This document shows, piece by piece, positions 19,608-29,494 of a stretch of DNA of 64,000 bases (positions are counted from its first letter, which is position 1; every line of letters begins with the position of its first letter). Source of the DNA: an uncultured delta proteobacterium (GTDB lineage Bacteria; Myxococcota; Myxococcia; Myxococcales; Myxococcaceae). The stretch is taken from positions 32,001 through 96,000 of the forward strand of contig CAWCKH010000006.1 of the NCBI GenBank assembly GCA_963796055.1, read 5' to 3'. A program made the position numbers and the translations under genes. The notes below the pieces were generated by a model. The model saw nothing but the letters and a program-made list of their open reading frames with translations, was not told where the DNA came from and searched no databases.

Positions 19608-21146
19608 ATGGCGTCCAGCATCGGTTCGGCGGCACACCCCGTGCCGGGGAGCGAGTCTCGGTCGTCGGTCGCGCGCAACGCGCTCCATCTGGTGATGGGC
19701 CAGGCGGCCACGATGGTCCTGGGCATCGTCTTCAGCGGAGCGCTGGGCCGGACCCTGGGGGCGACGGACTTCAGCCTCTACTTCCTCATCAGCACCTTCT
19801 CCAGCTTCGCCCTGGTGGTGGTGGACTGGGGCCAGCAGTTCTTCGGGATCCGCGCGGTGGCGCGCTCGCCGGAGCGGGGTGGCGATCTCCTCGGCACCGG
19901 CCTGGTCCTGAGGACCGTGGGGACGGTCCTGGTCTGCGTGCCTACCGGGCTCAGCGCCTGGGCCCTGGGCTATGACACCCGGACCTGCTGGTTCGCCGTG
20001 GCCTTCGTGGCGCTCAGCATGCCGCTGTTCCTGGCCCAGAACTTCGGGGTCGTCTTCCGCGGCCATGACCGGATGGGCCTCGACGCCACCGTCTCGGTGA
20101 CCAACCGGGCCGTCGGCCTGGTCCTCGGCCTCGGTGCCCTGGGGCTCGGGTTCGGGCTGGGGGGGGTGGTGGTCACCCAGGGCCTGGCCGGGCTCGCCGC
20201 CCTGGCGGTGGCGCTCTGGCTGTACCGGCAGGTCGCCCACGGGCCGCTCCACTTCTCCCGGGCCACGGCCTGGGAGATCCTCGCCGGGGGCACCGCCATC
20301 GTGACGATGACACTGGCGGCGAACGTCCAGCCGTACATCGACGCGGTGCTCCTCTCCAAGATGGTGCCCAAGGAAGCCGTGGGCTGGTACGGCGCGGCGA
20401 AGAGCCTGATGGGGACGCTGCTGGCGCCGTCGCTCATCCTCGGGTCCGCGGCCTTTCCCCGGCTCTCCCGCGCCGCCGGCGACGTCCCGCGCTTTCGCCG
20501 GGAGGTCACCCACGCGCAGCGTCCGATGGTCTGGCTGGGGGGCCTGGCGGCGGTGGGAACCTGGACCTTCGCCCCGGTCGCGATCCGGATCGTCTACGGC
20601 GCCCAGCACTTCACGCCGGCGGGGCCGATCCTCCGGATCTTCGGCCTGGCCCTGTTCCTGGTCTTCATCGACGTCCTGCTCGGCAATGCGCTGACCGCGC
20701 TCGGCCGCTCCACGGCGTTCTCGGTGATCAAGATCGGAACGGTGGTGCTGGCCACGGGCCTGGAGCTGTTCCTCATCCCCTACTGCCAGCAGCACTGGGG
20801 AAACGGAGGGCTGGGGGTGGTGAGCTCCTTCGTCCTGGCGGAGGCGGTGCTGTTCTCCGGCTCGCTCCTCCTCATGCCCCGCGGGACAATCGGGGCCTCG
20901 ATCCTGGTCGACGCCTTCCGGGCCCTGGTGGCCTCCGTCCTGACCGGGGCGTTCCTCCACAGCCTTCCGCCGATCGGGCCCTGGGTGGGGATCCCGCTCT
21001 GCATCGCGGTGTTCACCCTGTGCTCGCTGGCCCTGGGGCTCCTGCGGCGCTCGGACCTCCGGTCGCTCCGGGCCCAGCTTCGCCACGAACCGCTGCGGTC
21101 ACCGGCGACACCAGCGAACGACTCCGCCGGCGCTTCGCTCCAATAA
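19608..21146 (+). CDS. wzx: Wzx flippase
   Basis: Many TM segments; VARNALHL, DWGQ, IDAVLLS, VGWYGAA and FPRLSR motifs. Confidence 0.9.
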   Translation: MASSIGSAAHPVPGSESRSSVARNALHLVMGQAATMVLGIVFSGALGRTLGATDFSLYFLISTFSSFALVVVDWGQQFFGIRAVARSPERGGDLLGTGLVLRTVGTVLVCVPTGLSAWALGYDTRTCWFAVAFVALSMPLFLAQNFGVVFRGHDRMGLDATVSVTNRAVGLVLGLGALGLGFGLGGVVVTQGLAGLAALAVALWLYRQVAHGPLHFSRATAWEILAGGTAIVTMTLAANVQPYIDAVLLSKMVPKEAVGWYGAAKSLMGTLLAPSLILGSAAFPRLSRAAGDVPRFRREVTHAQRPMVWLGGLAAVGTWTFAPVAIRIVYGAQHFTPAGPILRIFGLALFLVFIDVLLGNALTALGRSTAFSVIKIGTVVLATGLELFLIPYCQQHWGNGGLGVVSSFVLAEAVLFSGSLLLMPRGTIGASILVDAFRALVASVLTGAFLHSLPPIGPWVGIPLCIAVFTLCSLALGLLRRSDLRSLRAQLRHEPLRSPATPANDSAGASLQ

Positions 21147-21303
21147 CCAAGCGACAAGGTGGGGATCGGCTCCCTCGCGTCGCCACGCAGTCGCTACCCG
21201 GGAGGTGCGGCATTCCGCTACAGTGCGCGCGCGAAACCGGGGGCTGAAATGCCTCGAGCGCCGGCGCTTCATCTCGTGCTGGCAGCGCCGGTGAGGGAGC
21301 GAG

Positions 21304-22344
21304 ATGAGGATCCTGCTGACCGGAAGCCGCGGGTACATCGGAACGGTGATGGCGCCGTTCCTCCTCAAGGCCGGGCACGACGTGACGGGGATCGACACCG
21401 ATCTCTACCGGCGTTCCACCTTCGGTCCGTGGAAGGAATCGATCCCGACCATGGTCAAGGACCTGCGCGCGCTCGAGCCGACGGATCTGCGCGGCTTCGA
21501 CGCCGTCATTCATCTGGCTGCGCTCTCCAACGACCCGCTGGGTGATCTGAACCCCCAGCTCACTTACGACATCAATCATCTGACCTCGGTGCGGCTCGCG
21601 GCGCTGGCGAAGGAAACCGGCGTGTCGCGCTTCGTCTTCGCCTCCTCCTGCAGCAACTACGGCGCCGCCGGCGATGCGCCGGTGAACGAGGAATCGGAGC
21701 TAAACCCGGTCACCGCATACGGAGAGTCCAAGGTCCGGGTGGAGCGGGACGTGATCAAGCTGGCCGACGCGTCCTTCACCCCCACCTTCCTCCGCTGCGC
21801 CACGGCCTACGGCGTCTCCCCCCGCCTGCGGTTCGACATCGTGCTCAACAACCTGGTCGCCTGGGCCTTCACCTCGGGCAAGGTGCTGCTCAAGAGCGAT
21901 GGCAGCCCCTGGCGTCCCATCGTCCACATCGAGGACATCAGCCGCGCCTTCCTCGCCGTGCTGAGCGTCCCCCCCGAGCGGGTCCGGGGGCAGGCCTTCA
22001 ACATCGGCAGGAACGACCAGAACTACCGCATCCGGGAGATCGCAGAGATCGTGAGGGAGACCGTCCCCGGCTGCGAGATCGCCTTCGCCGACGACGCCGG
22101 TCCCGACAAGCGGAACTACCGGGCCGATTTCTCCAAGGTGGCGACGCTGCTCCCCGAGTTCCAGCCGCAGTGGGACGCGCGCCGGGGAGCACGGGAGCTC
22201 TACGACGCCTACCGGGCCATCGGTCTGAAGCTGGAGGACTTCGAGGGCCCACGCTTCCGGCGCATCGACCAACTCAAGCAGCTGATGGCCTCCGGGCACC
22301 TGAGCCCGGACCTGCGATGGAACTCCGAACCGCCGGCAGCCTGA
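21304..22344 (+). CDS. NAD-dependent nucleotide-sugar epimerase/dehydratase (extended SDR)
   Basis: [23 protein letters not shown] and YGESK motifs. Confidence 0.92.
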   Translation: MRILLTGSRGYIGTVMAPFLLKAGHDVTGIDTDLYRRSTFGPWKESIPTMVKDLRALEPTDLRGFDAVIHLAALSNDPLGDLNPQLTYDINHLTSVRLAALAKETGVSRFVFASSCSNYGAAGDAPVNEESELNPVTAYGESKVRVERDVIKLADASFTPTFLRCATAYGVSPRLRFDIVLNNLVAWAFTSGKVLLKSDGSPWRPIVHIEDISRAFLAVLSVPPERVRGQAFNIGRNDQNYRIREIAEIVRETVPGCEIAFADDAGPDKRNYRADFSKVATLLPEFQPQWDARRGARELYDAYRAIGLKLEDFEGPRFRRIDQLKQLMASGHLSPDLRWNSEPPAA

Positions 22345-22359
22345 CGGACCGAACGAACC

Positions 22360-22935
22360 GTGATCTTCACCGAGACCAAGCTGAAGGGCGCGTATCTCAT
22401 CGACCTGGAGCGCCGTGAGGACGAGCGGGGCTTCTTCGCCCGCTCCTTCTGCCAGAACGAGTTCGCCGAGCACGGGCTGAAACCGGTGATCGCCCAGGCC
22501 AACCTGGCCTTCAACAAGCGCAAGGGAACTCTGCGGGGGATGCACTTCCAGTTCCCGCCGAAGGCCGAGACCAAGCTGGTGCGTGCCACCCGCGGGGCGA
22601 TCCTGGACATCATCGTGGACCTGCGGCCGGAGAGCCCCACGTACCTCGAGCACGTCTCGGTCGAGCTCAGCGAGGACAACCGCCGCGCGCTCTACGTCCC
22701 GGGGCGATTCGCCCACGGGTACCAGGCCCTGGAGGACGAGACGGAGACCAGCTACCAGGTGGGCGAGTTCTACGCCCCAGGGACCGAGGGCGGACTGTCC
22801 CCCTTCGATCCACGGCTGGGGCTGAAGTGGCCGCTCCCGGTCACGGTCATCTCCCCCAAGGACGCGGCCTGGAAGCCGCTGGAGGAGATCGGCCTCGAGG
22901 TGAGGCGTCGGATGCAGCTGGAGGGCTGGCGATGA
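22360..22935 (+). CDS. RmlC-like NDP-4-keto-hexose 3,5-epimerase
   Basis: DERGFFAR, GTLRGMHFQ, DLRPESPT and FAHGYQ motifs. Confidence 0.92.
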   Translation: MIFTETKLKGAYLIDLERREDERGFFARSFCQNEFAEHGLKPVIAQANLAFNKRKGTLRGMHFQFPPKAETKLVRATRGAILDIIVDLRPESPTYLEHVSVELSEDNRRALYVPGRFAHGYQALEDETETSYQVGEFYAPGTEGGLSPFDPRLGLKWPLPVTVISPKDAAWKPLEEIGLEVRRRMQLEGWR

Positions 22936-24317
22936 TCATCGTCGACCGGGCACTGAGAGAGCGTGAGGAGCAAGGCAGGCCCATCCGGGTGGGGATGGTC
23001 GGCTCGGGATTCATGGGTCAGGGGCTGACCAACCAGATCGAGAACAGCGTCCCCGGGATGCGGATGGCCGCCATCTACAACCGCAAGCCGGAGCGAGCGT
23101 TCGGCGTCTACCGGTACGCGGGTCGGGATCCGGTGGCTGCGGCCGCCCAGTCCGAGGTGGACGAGGCGGTCCGGCGCGGTCGCCCGGTGGTGGTCGAGGA
23201 CCCGATGACCCTCTGCCGCTCGCCGGAGATCGACGTCATCATCGACGTCACCGGCTCGGTCGAGTTCGGGGCGCACGTCATCCTCGAGGCCTTCGCCCAC
23301 CGGAAGCCGGTGGTGCTGATGAACGCCGAGGTGGATGCGACCATCGGCCCCATCCTCCGGGTCCACGGCAAGAAGCAGGGAGCGATCCTCTCCGCCTGCG
23401 ACGGGGACGAGCCCGGCGTGCAGATGAACCTGGTCCGGTGGGTCCAGGGGCTGGGGCTCACCCCGAGGGTGGTGGGAAACGTGAAGGGCCTCCAGGACCC
23501 CTACCGCAACCCCACCACCCAGAAGGGGTGGGCCGAGCGCTGGGGACAGAATGCGGCCATGGTGACCTCGTTCGCCGACGGCTCGAAGATCAGCTTCGAG
23601 CAATCCATCGTCGCCAACGCCACCGGCTTCAAGGTCCGCTCCCGCGGCATGTCCCGAGGCGTCAAGTTCGACGGCTCGATCATGGACATCCACAGGCTGT
23701 ACGACCTGGACGAGATCCGCTCGCTGGGCGGCATCGTCGACTACACGGTGGGCCCGCCGCTCATCAAGGTGTTCGTCCTCGCCGAGCACCACGACCCGAA
23801 GCAGCGGCACTACCTGAACCTGTACAAGATGGGTGAAGGGCCCCTCTATCCCTTCTGGATTCCCTACCACCTGGTTCATTTCGAGACGCCCTTCTCCATC
23901 GCCCGGGTGGTGCTCTTCGGGGACGAGCTCGCCCCGCCGCTGGCCGGGCCGGTGGTGGAGGTCTGCGCGGTCGCCAAGCGGGACCTCAGGGCCGGGGAGA
24001 TCCTCGACGAGTACGGGATGTACACGACCTACGGCGAGGCGGTGAACGTGGAGGAGATGAGCTCCGGGCGATACCTGCCCGAGGGGCTGGTGGAGGGCTG
24101 CCGGCTCCGTCGAGACATCCCCAAGGATCAGGTCCTCACCTACGCCGACGTGGAGCTGCCCGCCGGGCGGATCGCGGACCAGCTCCGCGCCGAGCAGTAC
24201 GAGCATTTCCGTGGCGAGACCTGGCTCCGCGACTGGCTCCGAGCCGAGGCGGAAGAGAGCCACGTCCCGAGTGACATCCGCGTTCCCCGGGGGCAGGCGG
24301 CGGCACCGATCGCCTGA
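22932..24317 (+). CDS. NAD(P)-dependent oxidoreductase, homoserine-dehydrogenase-like with C-terminal SAF domain
   Basis: GSGFMG, NAEVDATIGP, DGDEPG, SFADGSK; SAF VAKRDLRAGEILD. Confidence 0.88.
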   Translation: MIIVDRALREREEQGRPIRVGMVGSGFMGQGLTNQIENSVPGMRMAAIYNRKPERAFGVYRYAGRDPVAAAAQSEVDEAVRRGRPVVVEDPMTLCRSPEIDVIIDVTGSVEFGAHVILEAFAHRKPVVLMNAEVDATIGPILRVHGKKQGAILSACDGDEPGVQMNLVRWVQGLGLTPRVVGNVKGLQDPYRNPTTQKGWAERWGQNAAMVTSFADGSKISFEQSIVANATGFKVRSRGMSRGVKFDGSIMDIHRLYDLDEIRSLGGIVDYTVGPPLIKVFVLAEHHDPKQRHYLNLYKMGEGPLYPFWIPYHLVHFETPFSIARVVLFGDELAPPLAGPVVEVCAVAKRDLRAGEILDEYGMYTTYGEAVNVEEMSSGRYLPEGLVEGCRLRRDIPKDQVLTYADVELPAGRIADQLRAEQYEHFRGETWLRDWLRAEAEESHVPSDIRVPRGQAAAPIA

Positions 24318-24349
24318 GCCGGGGGGAAGCACGTGACCGGAGGCTGCAC

Positions 24350-25165
24350 ATGAAGGTGGTCATCTTCTGCGGTGGGCTGGGCATGCGGCTCCGGGAGTAC
24401 TCGGAGGCCGTGCCCAAGCCGATGGTCCCGGTGGGCTACCGCCCCATCCTCTGGCACCTGATGCGCTACTACGCCCACTTCGGGCACAAGGATTTCATCC
24501 TCTGCCTCGGCTACAAGGGCGACACCATCAAGCGCTACTTCCTCGACTACGAGGAGACCGTCACCAACGACTTCGTGATGCGGGACGGGGGGAAGAAGAT
24601 CGAGCTCCTGGGGAGCGACATCCAGGACTGGAACATCACCTTCGTCGACACGGGGATGAACTCCAACATCGGGCAGCGCCTCAAGGCGGTGCAGCGGCAC
24701 CTCGCCGGCGAGGAGCTGTTCCTCGCCAACTACAGCGACGGGCTCTCCGACCTGCCGCTGCCCGAGGTCATCCACTTCCTCAAGAGCAGGCCGGAGGCGG
24801 TGGCCTGCTTCACCGGGGTTGCTCCCACCAGCAGCTTCCACCTGGTGAACGTGGGCGACGAGGGCGTGGTCCAGAGCATCCGCCACGTCCGGGAAACGGG
24901 CATGCGGGTCAACGGCGGCTTCTTCGTCTTCCGGCCGCAGGTCTTCGACTGGATGAATGACGGTGAGGAGCTGGTCCAGGAGCCGTTCCAGCGGCTGGCC
25001 AAGGCCGGGAAGCTGCTGTCGTACAACTACGACGGGTTCTGGGCCTGCATGGACACCTTCAAGGAGAAGCAGCTCCTCGAGGACCTCTACGCCCGGGGCC
25101 AGGTGCCCTGGGAGGTGTGGAAGGCGCACGCCCAGCATCATCCGACGAGCCGGAGGAGCGCCTAG
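24350..25165 (+). CDS. rfbF: Glucose-1-phosphate cytidylyltransferase
   Basis: FCGGLGMRL, PKPMV, NYSDGL, NGGFF and FWACMDT motifs. Confidence 0.88.
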   Translation: MKVVIFCGGLGMRLREYSEAVPKPMVPVGYRPILWHLMRYYAHFGHKDFILCLGYKGDTIKRYFLDYEETVTNDFVMRDGGKKIELLGSDIQDWNITFVDTGMNSNIGQRLKAVQRHLAGEELFLANYSDGLSDLPLPEVIHFLKSRPEAVACFTGVAPTSSFHLVNVGDEGVVQSIRHVRETGMRVNGGFFVFRPQVFDWMNDGEELVQEPFQRLAKAGKLLSYNYDGFWACMDTFKEKQLLEDLYARGQVPWEVWKAHAQHHPTSRRSA

Positions 25166-25167
25166 GA

Positions 25168-25821
25168 ATGCACCGTCTGTCGCTCGGCGGGCCGGGCGGC
25201 ACGTTCCGCCGCGTCCTGGCGCTGGGAGCGCACGCCGACGACATCGAGATCGGGTGCGGGGGCACCCTGCTCCGGCTGCTCGACGAGCACGACGACCTGG
25301 AGGTCACCTGGGTCGTCTTCTGCTCCACGCCCGAGCGGGCGGGCGAGGCGGGGCGCTCGGCCGAGCGGTTCCTGGTGGGCGCCGGGCGGAAGCGGATCGT
25401 CGTCCACTCCTTCCGGGACGGCTTCCTTCCCACCGAGGCGGCCCGGGCCAAGGAGCAGTTCGAGGTCCTCAAGGGCGAGGTGTCACCCGACCTCATCCTC
25501 ACCCACTACCGCGAGGACCGGCACCAGGATCACCGCACCGTCTCCGAGCTGACCTGGAACACCTGGCGAAACCACCTGATCCTCGAGTTCGAGATCCCCA
25601 AGTACGACGGCGATTTCGGCTCACCGAATCTCTTCGTCCCGCTCTCTCCCTCCACGCTGGAGCGGAAGATCGAGCTCGTGGTGCAGGGGTTCCCCAGCCA
25701 GGTGGGGAAGGCGTGGTTCACGCCCGATCTCTTCCAGGCGGTGGCCCGCATCCGCGGCATGGAGTGCGCCGCGCCGGACCGCTTCGCCGAGGCCTTCTAC
25801 TGCCGGAAGGCGGTACTCTGA
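25168..25821 (+). CDS. PIG-L/LmbE-family deacetylase
   Basis: AHADDIEIGCGG and DRHQDH motifs. Confidence 0.9.
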   Translation: MHRLSLGGPGGTFRRVLALGAHADDIEIGCGGTLLRLLDEHDDLEVTWVVFCSTPERAGEAGRSAERFLVGAGRKRIVVHSFRDGFLPTEAARAKEQFEVLKGEVSPDLILTHYREDRHQDHRTVSELTWNTWRNHLILEFEIPKYDGDFGSPNLFVPLSPSTLERKIELVVQGFPSQVGKAWFTPDLFQAVARIRGMECAAPDRFAEAFYCRKAVL

Positions 25822-25839
25822 GTCGGGGCCGACCGGGCT

Positions 25840-26847
25840 TCAGGCCGGAATCGCGGTCCGGTCCTGGGGAGTCTCCGCCTGGTCTCCGGCCACCACCCGC
25901 TCCAGCCAGCACTCGCGCCAGTAGGGGTAGATGGCGCGGGAGCAGAACCAGCGCCGGAGGCTGTGGTTCCCCGAGCAGACCACCCCGTCCAGGGTGATGG
26001 CCTCGTTCTTGAGCTCGATGAGCTTGCCGTCCTGGTCGTTCACGAAGCGGCTGATCCGCTGCCTCACGCGAAAGACCTGACCGCAGTAGGGCAGCATCTC
26101 CTCGTCGAACCACAGGCCCTTGTTGCGGCCCTCGGAATTGAGCGTCCGGGCAATCTCCTCCCGCGAGCGGACCCGGACCCTCTCCCCCGGCTGGAGGTCG
26201 AGCGTCTCGAAGGCCTGCCCCTTCAGGGCGGTGCCTCGGACGTGGACCTCGTCGAGGAGCCCCAGCTTCCGCATCGGCTCCCGGACCACCGCCCGGGACA
26301 TGACCCGGAGGAAGTGACCGAGCCCGACGTTGCCCGAGGTGTACTCGCGGGTGAAGCCCACCGGGTTCCAGAGCTTCACGTGCTCGGTGCAGGCAGGCAG
26401 CTCGGTGGCCTGGCAGCGAAAGCGCTCCTCCGTCCCCTGCGGGACCTCCACCTGCCGCCGGGTGCCCAGCGCCGCCCGAGCGCGAAGGGCCGCGAGCTCG
26501 GAGACGGGGGACGGCGCTGCTGGGCGATCCTCCGGGCCCACCCGCCGCAGCCAGGCTTCCTTCCAGAAAAGCCTGCACTCGGCCTGACAGCCGGCATGGC
26601 CCGCGCCGTCGCAGCGCAGGTCCTCGAGCAGGACGGCGTCCAGCAAGCGCCGTGTGCCGCTGTAGTGGACCGTGTCGCAGATGCGCTCGGCGCGCCGTTC
26701 CACGGTGAAGCGGCGGCCGCAGAACCCGACCATCTCCGGCATGAAGGGAAGCCCCTCCAGCGAGCCCGTCCCGTCCAGGGTGGCCAGGATCTCCGAGGGG
26801 GCTCTCACCTCGATGAGATTTCCCCGCCGCAAAGCCTCGTTCGACAT
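25840..26847 (-). CDS. Hypothetical protein with two tandem Cys-containing repeat domains
   Basis: Two ~100-aa copies of G..V.VR...EI..TL...G...GL.F..EM...CG..F.V...C.G...C...W.E.WL.RV; GAGGGAG RBS. Confidence 0.8.
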   Translation of the reverse strand: MSNEALRRGNLIEVRAPSEILATLDGTGSLEGLPFMPEMVGFCGRRFTVERRAERICDTVHYSGTRRLLDAVLLEDLRCDGAGHAGCQAECRLFWKEAWLRRVGPEDRPAAPSPVSELAALRARAALGTRRQVEVPQGTEERFRCQATELPACTEHVKLWNPVGFTREYTSGNVGLGHFLRVMSRAVVREPMRKLGLLDEVHVRGTALKGQAFETLDLQPGERVRVRSREEIARTLNSEGRNKGLWFDEEMLPYCGQVFRVRQRISRFVNDQDGKLIELKNEAITLDGVVCSGNHSLRRWFCSRAIYPYWRECWLERVVAGDQAETPQDRTAIPA

Positions 26848-26907
26848 GTCTCCCTCTCGACGCCGACGGGCGCAGAAATAACACGCCCACGTCGGGGGTC
26901 CGAGGCG

Positions 26908-26916
26908 TGATAAAAT
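26908..26916 (+). promoter_or_regulatory. Possible extended -10 element (TGnTAAAAT)
   Basis: TGATAAAAT in a divergent intergenic region 60 bp upstream of the glycosyltransferase; AT-rich in otherwise GC-rich DNA. Confidence 0.4.
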
Positions 26917-26975
26917 GAGGTTTCGTCGCTCGCGGGGGGCTTCCGGCCGGCCCGCGGGTATCCGCAGACACCACC

Positions 26976-28181
26976 ATGACCTTTCCTCTCCGGCGCGGTG
27001 ATGTGGCGGCGCTGGTTCCCGGCTCGGGCGGCGCGGTCCTCCAGCTCTCCATGCGCCGGGTCCACGACCTGGTCGCCTTCTGCGCTCCCTACGAGTTCGA
27101 GGACGTGGTGGCCGAAGTCACCGGCGCCGACCGCGTCGAGATCCTTGACTACCCCGCCGTGGAGCGGGCCCGCCGTGCGTACAAGCTGGGCCGGAAGGCG
27201 CTCCGCTCTCGCCGGGTCGGGCGAGCGTTGACTCCCCGGCTGGCGGTCCCCCGCCTCACGCGGGAGTACGAGCTCTTCTTCCCGGTCTTCAACCACCCCT
27301 TCGAGCTGTTCGCGCTGGCTGCGGTTCCGGACTGGCGCGCTCGATGCCGGGCCGCGGTGTGCTTCGTCAGCGAGGTCTGGATCCAGGACCTGCCCGAGTA
27401 TCTGGTGGAGCTGCTCGCGGACTTCGACCAGGTGTTCCTCGGGGTCCAGCATCCGGTCACGGACCTGGCACGGCTCACCGGGCGACCCTGCAGCTACCTT
27501 CCGCTCGCCGCGGACGTGGTCCGCTTCTCCCCGGAGCCCGGTCCTCCGGCGAGGAGCATCGACGTCTGCAACATCGGCCGCCGGTCGGCGGTGACCCACC
27601 AGGCCCTGCTCCGCCTCGCCGCGGGGGAACGCCTGTTCTATTACTACGACACGGTGCGGGCCAGCGGGCCGGGCGACCGGCAGATGACCTTCCGGGTCGG
27701 TCACCCCGCCGAGCACCGGCTCCTGCTCGCCAGCATCCTGAAGCGAACCCGCTACTACCTCTCGTACCGCGCCCGGGTGAACGACGCCGAGCAGAGCGCG
27801 GGGAGAGAGGAGATCTCCGGTCGCTTCTACGAGGGTGCGGCCGCCGGCGCGATCCTCCTCGGGGAGCCTCCGCGCTCTGCGGAGTTCGCGCGCCAGTTCG
27901 ACTGGCCTGACGCGGTGGTTCCCCTCCCCTTCGACTCACCGGACGTGGGCGACGTCCTCGAGGCGCTGGAGCGCGAACCGCAGCGGCTCGAGCGGGCGAG
28001 CCGCACCAATGCCGAGCAGGCCGCCCTCCGCCACGACTGGCTGTACCGGCTCGAGACCGTCTTCAGCGCAGCGCACCTGCAGCCCACCGACGCGATGCGC
28101 GCTCGCCGGACGCGGCTGGCCGAGCTTGCCCGAATGGCACAGGGTGCGACGCGGGGACCGGTGAGCGCATCCTCCCGCTAG
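26976..28181 (+). CDS. Glycosyltransferase, GT-B (Glyco_trans_1_2/CgeB-like)
   Basis: YLPLAAD, DVCNIGRR, GRFYEGAAAG and HDWLYR motifs. Confidence 0.8.
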   Translation: MTFPLRRGDVAALVPGSGGAVLQLSMRRVHDLVAFCAPYEFEDVVAEVTGADRVEILDYPAVERARRAYKLGRKALRSRRVGRALTPRLAVPRLTREYELFFPVFNHPFELFALAAVPDWRARCRAAVCFVSEVWIQDLPEYLVELLADFDQVFLGVQHPVTDLARLTGRPCSYLPLAADVVRFSPEPGPPARSIDVCNIGRRSAVTHQALLRLAAGERLFYYYDTVRASGPGDRQMTFRVGHPAEHRLLLASILKRTRYYLSYRARVNDAEQSAGREEISGRFYEGAAAGAILLGEPPRSAEFARQFDWPDAVVPLPFDSPDVGDVLEALEREPQRLERASRTNAEQAALRHDWLYRLETVFSAAHLQPTDAMRARRTRLAELARMAQGATRGPVSASSR

Positions 28182-29296
28182 GAGGCCATCGCCGCCACCT
28201 CGTCGGCCAGGGGGAGCGCCGCGGTGAGGCCCGGGGACTCGATGGCGTAGAGATGGACCAGCCCGGGCACGCCGTGCACCGAAGGTCCGTGAACCAGGAA
28301 GTCGGCCGCGGGTTCGCCGGGCCCGGTGACCTTGGGACGGATGCCGGTGTAGCCGGGCTGGAGCGCACCGGCCCGCAGGCCGGGCCAGTACCGCCGGATC
28401 GACGCATAGAAGCCGTCCGCCCGCGACTCGTCGAAGCCGTAGTCGACCGCGTCCACCCACTGCACGTCCGGCCCGAAGCGCGCCCGGCCGGCGAGGTCGA
28501 GCGTCACGTGCGTCCCCAGTCCGCCCGGGACCGGCACCGGGTAGACCAGGTGGCGAAAGGGCGACTTCCCGGAGAGCACGAAGTAGTGCGCCTTGGCATA
28601 GCGCTGGGGGGGGACGGAGTCTGGAGGGAATCCCTCGATCCGGCGCGCAACCTCCGGCGCCCAGAGCCCCGCGCAGTTGACGACCAGTCGGAACCTCACC
28701 CGCGACGGCTCGTCCCCTCCGAGCGAGAGCTCGACGCCGCCGTCGGCGAGGCGGCCGGAGAGCACTGCAGTGCCGAGGACGACCGTCGCTCCGTCGCGCT
28801 CGGCGTCCTCGCGGAGCGCGGTCATCAGCGCGTGGCTGTCGACGATGCCGGTCAGGGGGGACCAGAGGCCGCGCACCGCCGAGACCTCCGGCTCGAGCGC
28901 CCGCACCTCGCCGGCGTCCAGCCACCCGAGCTCCACCCCGTTCGCCGCGGCCGCGCTCCGGATGTGCTCCAGCGCCGCGAGCTCCTCCTCGCAGGTGGCG
29001 ACCACCAGCTTCCCCGTTCGCGCATGCGCAATTCCCCGTTCGGCGCAGTAGGCGTAGAGCGCGTCGCGACCCCGCACGCAGAGCCGCGCCTTGAGCGAGC
29101 CCGGCGGATAGTGGATGCCGGCGTGGATGACCTCCGAGTTCCGAGAGCTGGTGTGGAACCCAACGAAGCGCTCTTTTTCGATCAAGAACACTTCGCGGCC
29201 CGCACGCGCGAGTCGGCGCGCGATCGCCAACCCGATCACGCCTGCACCGATCACTCCCACATCGGCGCTGGTCGTCACCGGATCGCCGCGGTCCAT
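28178..29296 (-). CDS. FAD-dependent oxidoreductase, L-2-hydroxyglutarate oxidase family
   Basis: GAGVIG, TSSRNSEVIHAGIHY, GLGTH, GIRPK and IESPGLT motifs. Confidence 0.9.
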   Translation of the reverse strand: MDRGDPVTTSADVGVIGAGVIGLAIARRLARAGREVFLIEKERFVGFHTSSRNSEVIHAGIHYPPGSLKARLCVRGRDALYAYCAERGIAHARTGKLVVATCEEELAALEHIRSAAAANGVELGWLDAGEVRALEPEVSAVRGLWSPLTGIVDSHALMTALREDAERDGATVVLGTAVLSGRLADGGVELSLGGDEPSRVRFRLVVNCAGLWAPEVARRIEGFPPDSVPPQRYAKAHYFVLSGKSPFRHLVYPVPVPGGLGTHVTLDLAGRARFGPDVQWVDAVDYGFDESRADGFYASIRRYWPGLRAGALQPGYTGIRPKVTGPGEPAADFLVHGPSVHGVPGLVHLYAIESPGLTAALPLADEVAAMAS

Positions 29297-29494
29297 GCGC
29301 GCGCGAGCCTAGCAAGTTCGACCGAGTGCACGGCACGCACGTGTGCAGTGAAGGTCGTGTGACACCGGACATGTGGGGTCACCTGCTGATCTTTTCGCGA
29401 GACATCAAACGTCTTCGATCAGCATCTCGGCAGCCGAACTGCCGAGCCTGCACTTGGCTGCCTCTCACGTGGGTCGCATCTGACCGCTTTCAAT

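Noticed and set aside
19036..20166. G9 (19036-19044, intergenic) and G8 (20159-20166, in wzx) runs as phase-variation tracts
   Set aside because: Short for high-GC DNA, wzx is in frame, and there is no evidence of length variation.
21147..21303. Possible riboswitch or ops/JUMPstart leader before the sugar operon
   Set aside because: Only generic GC-rich hairpins; no GGCGGTAG ops element or recognisable aptamer consensus.
22360..22935. Calling a dTDP-rhamnose (rml) pathway
   Set aside because: No rmlA, rmlB or rmlD; the linked nucleotidyltransferase is a cytidylyltransferase type.
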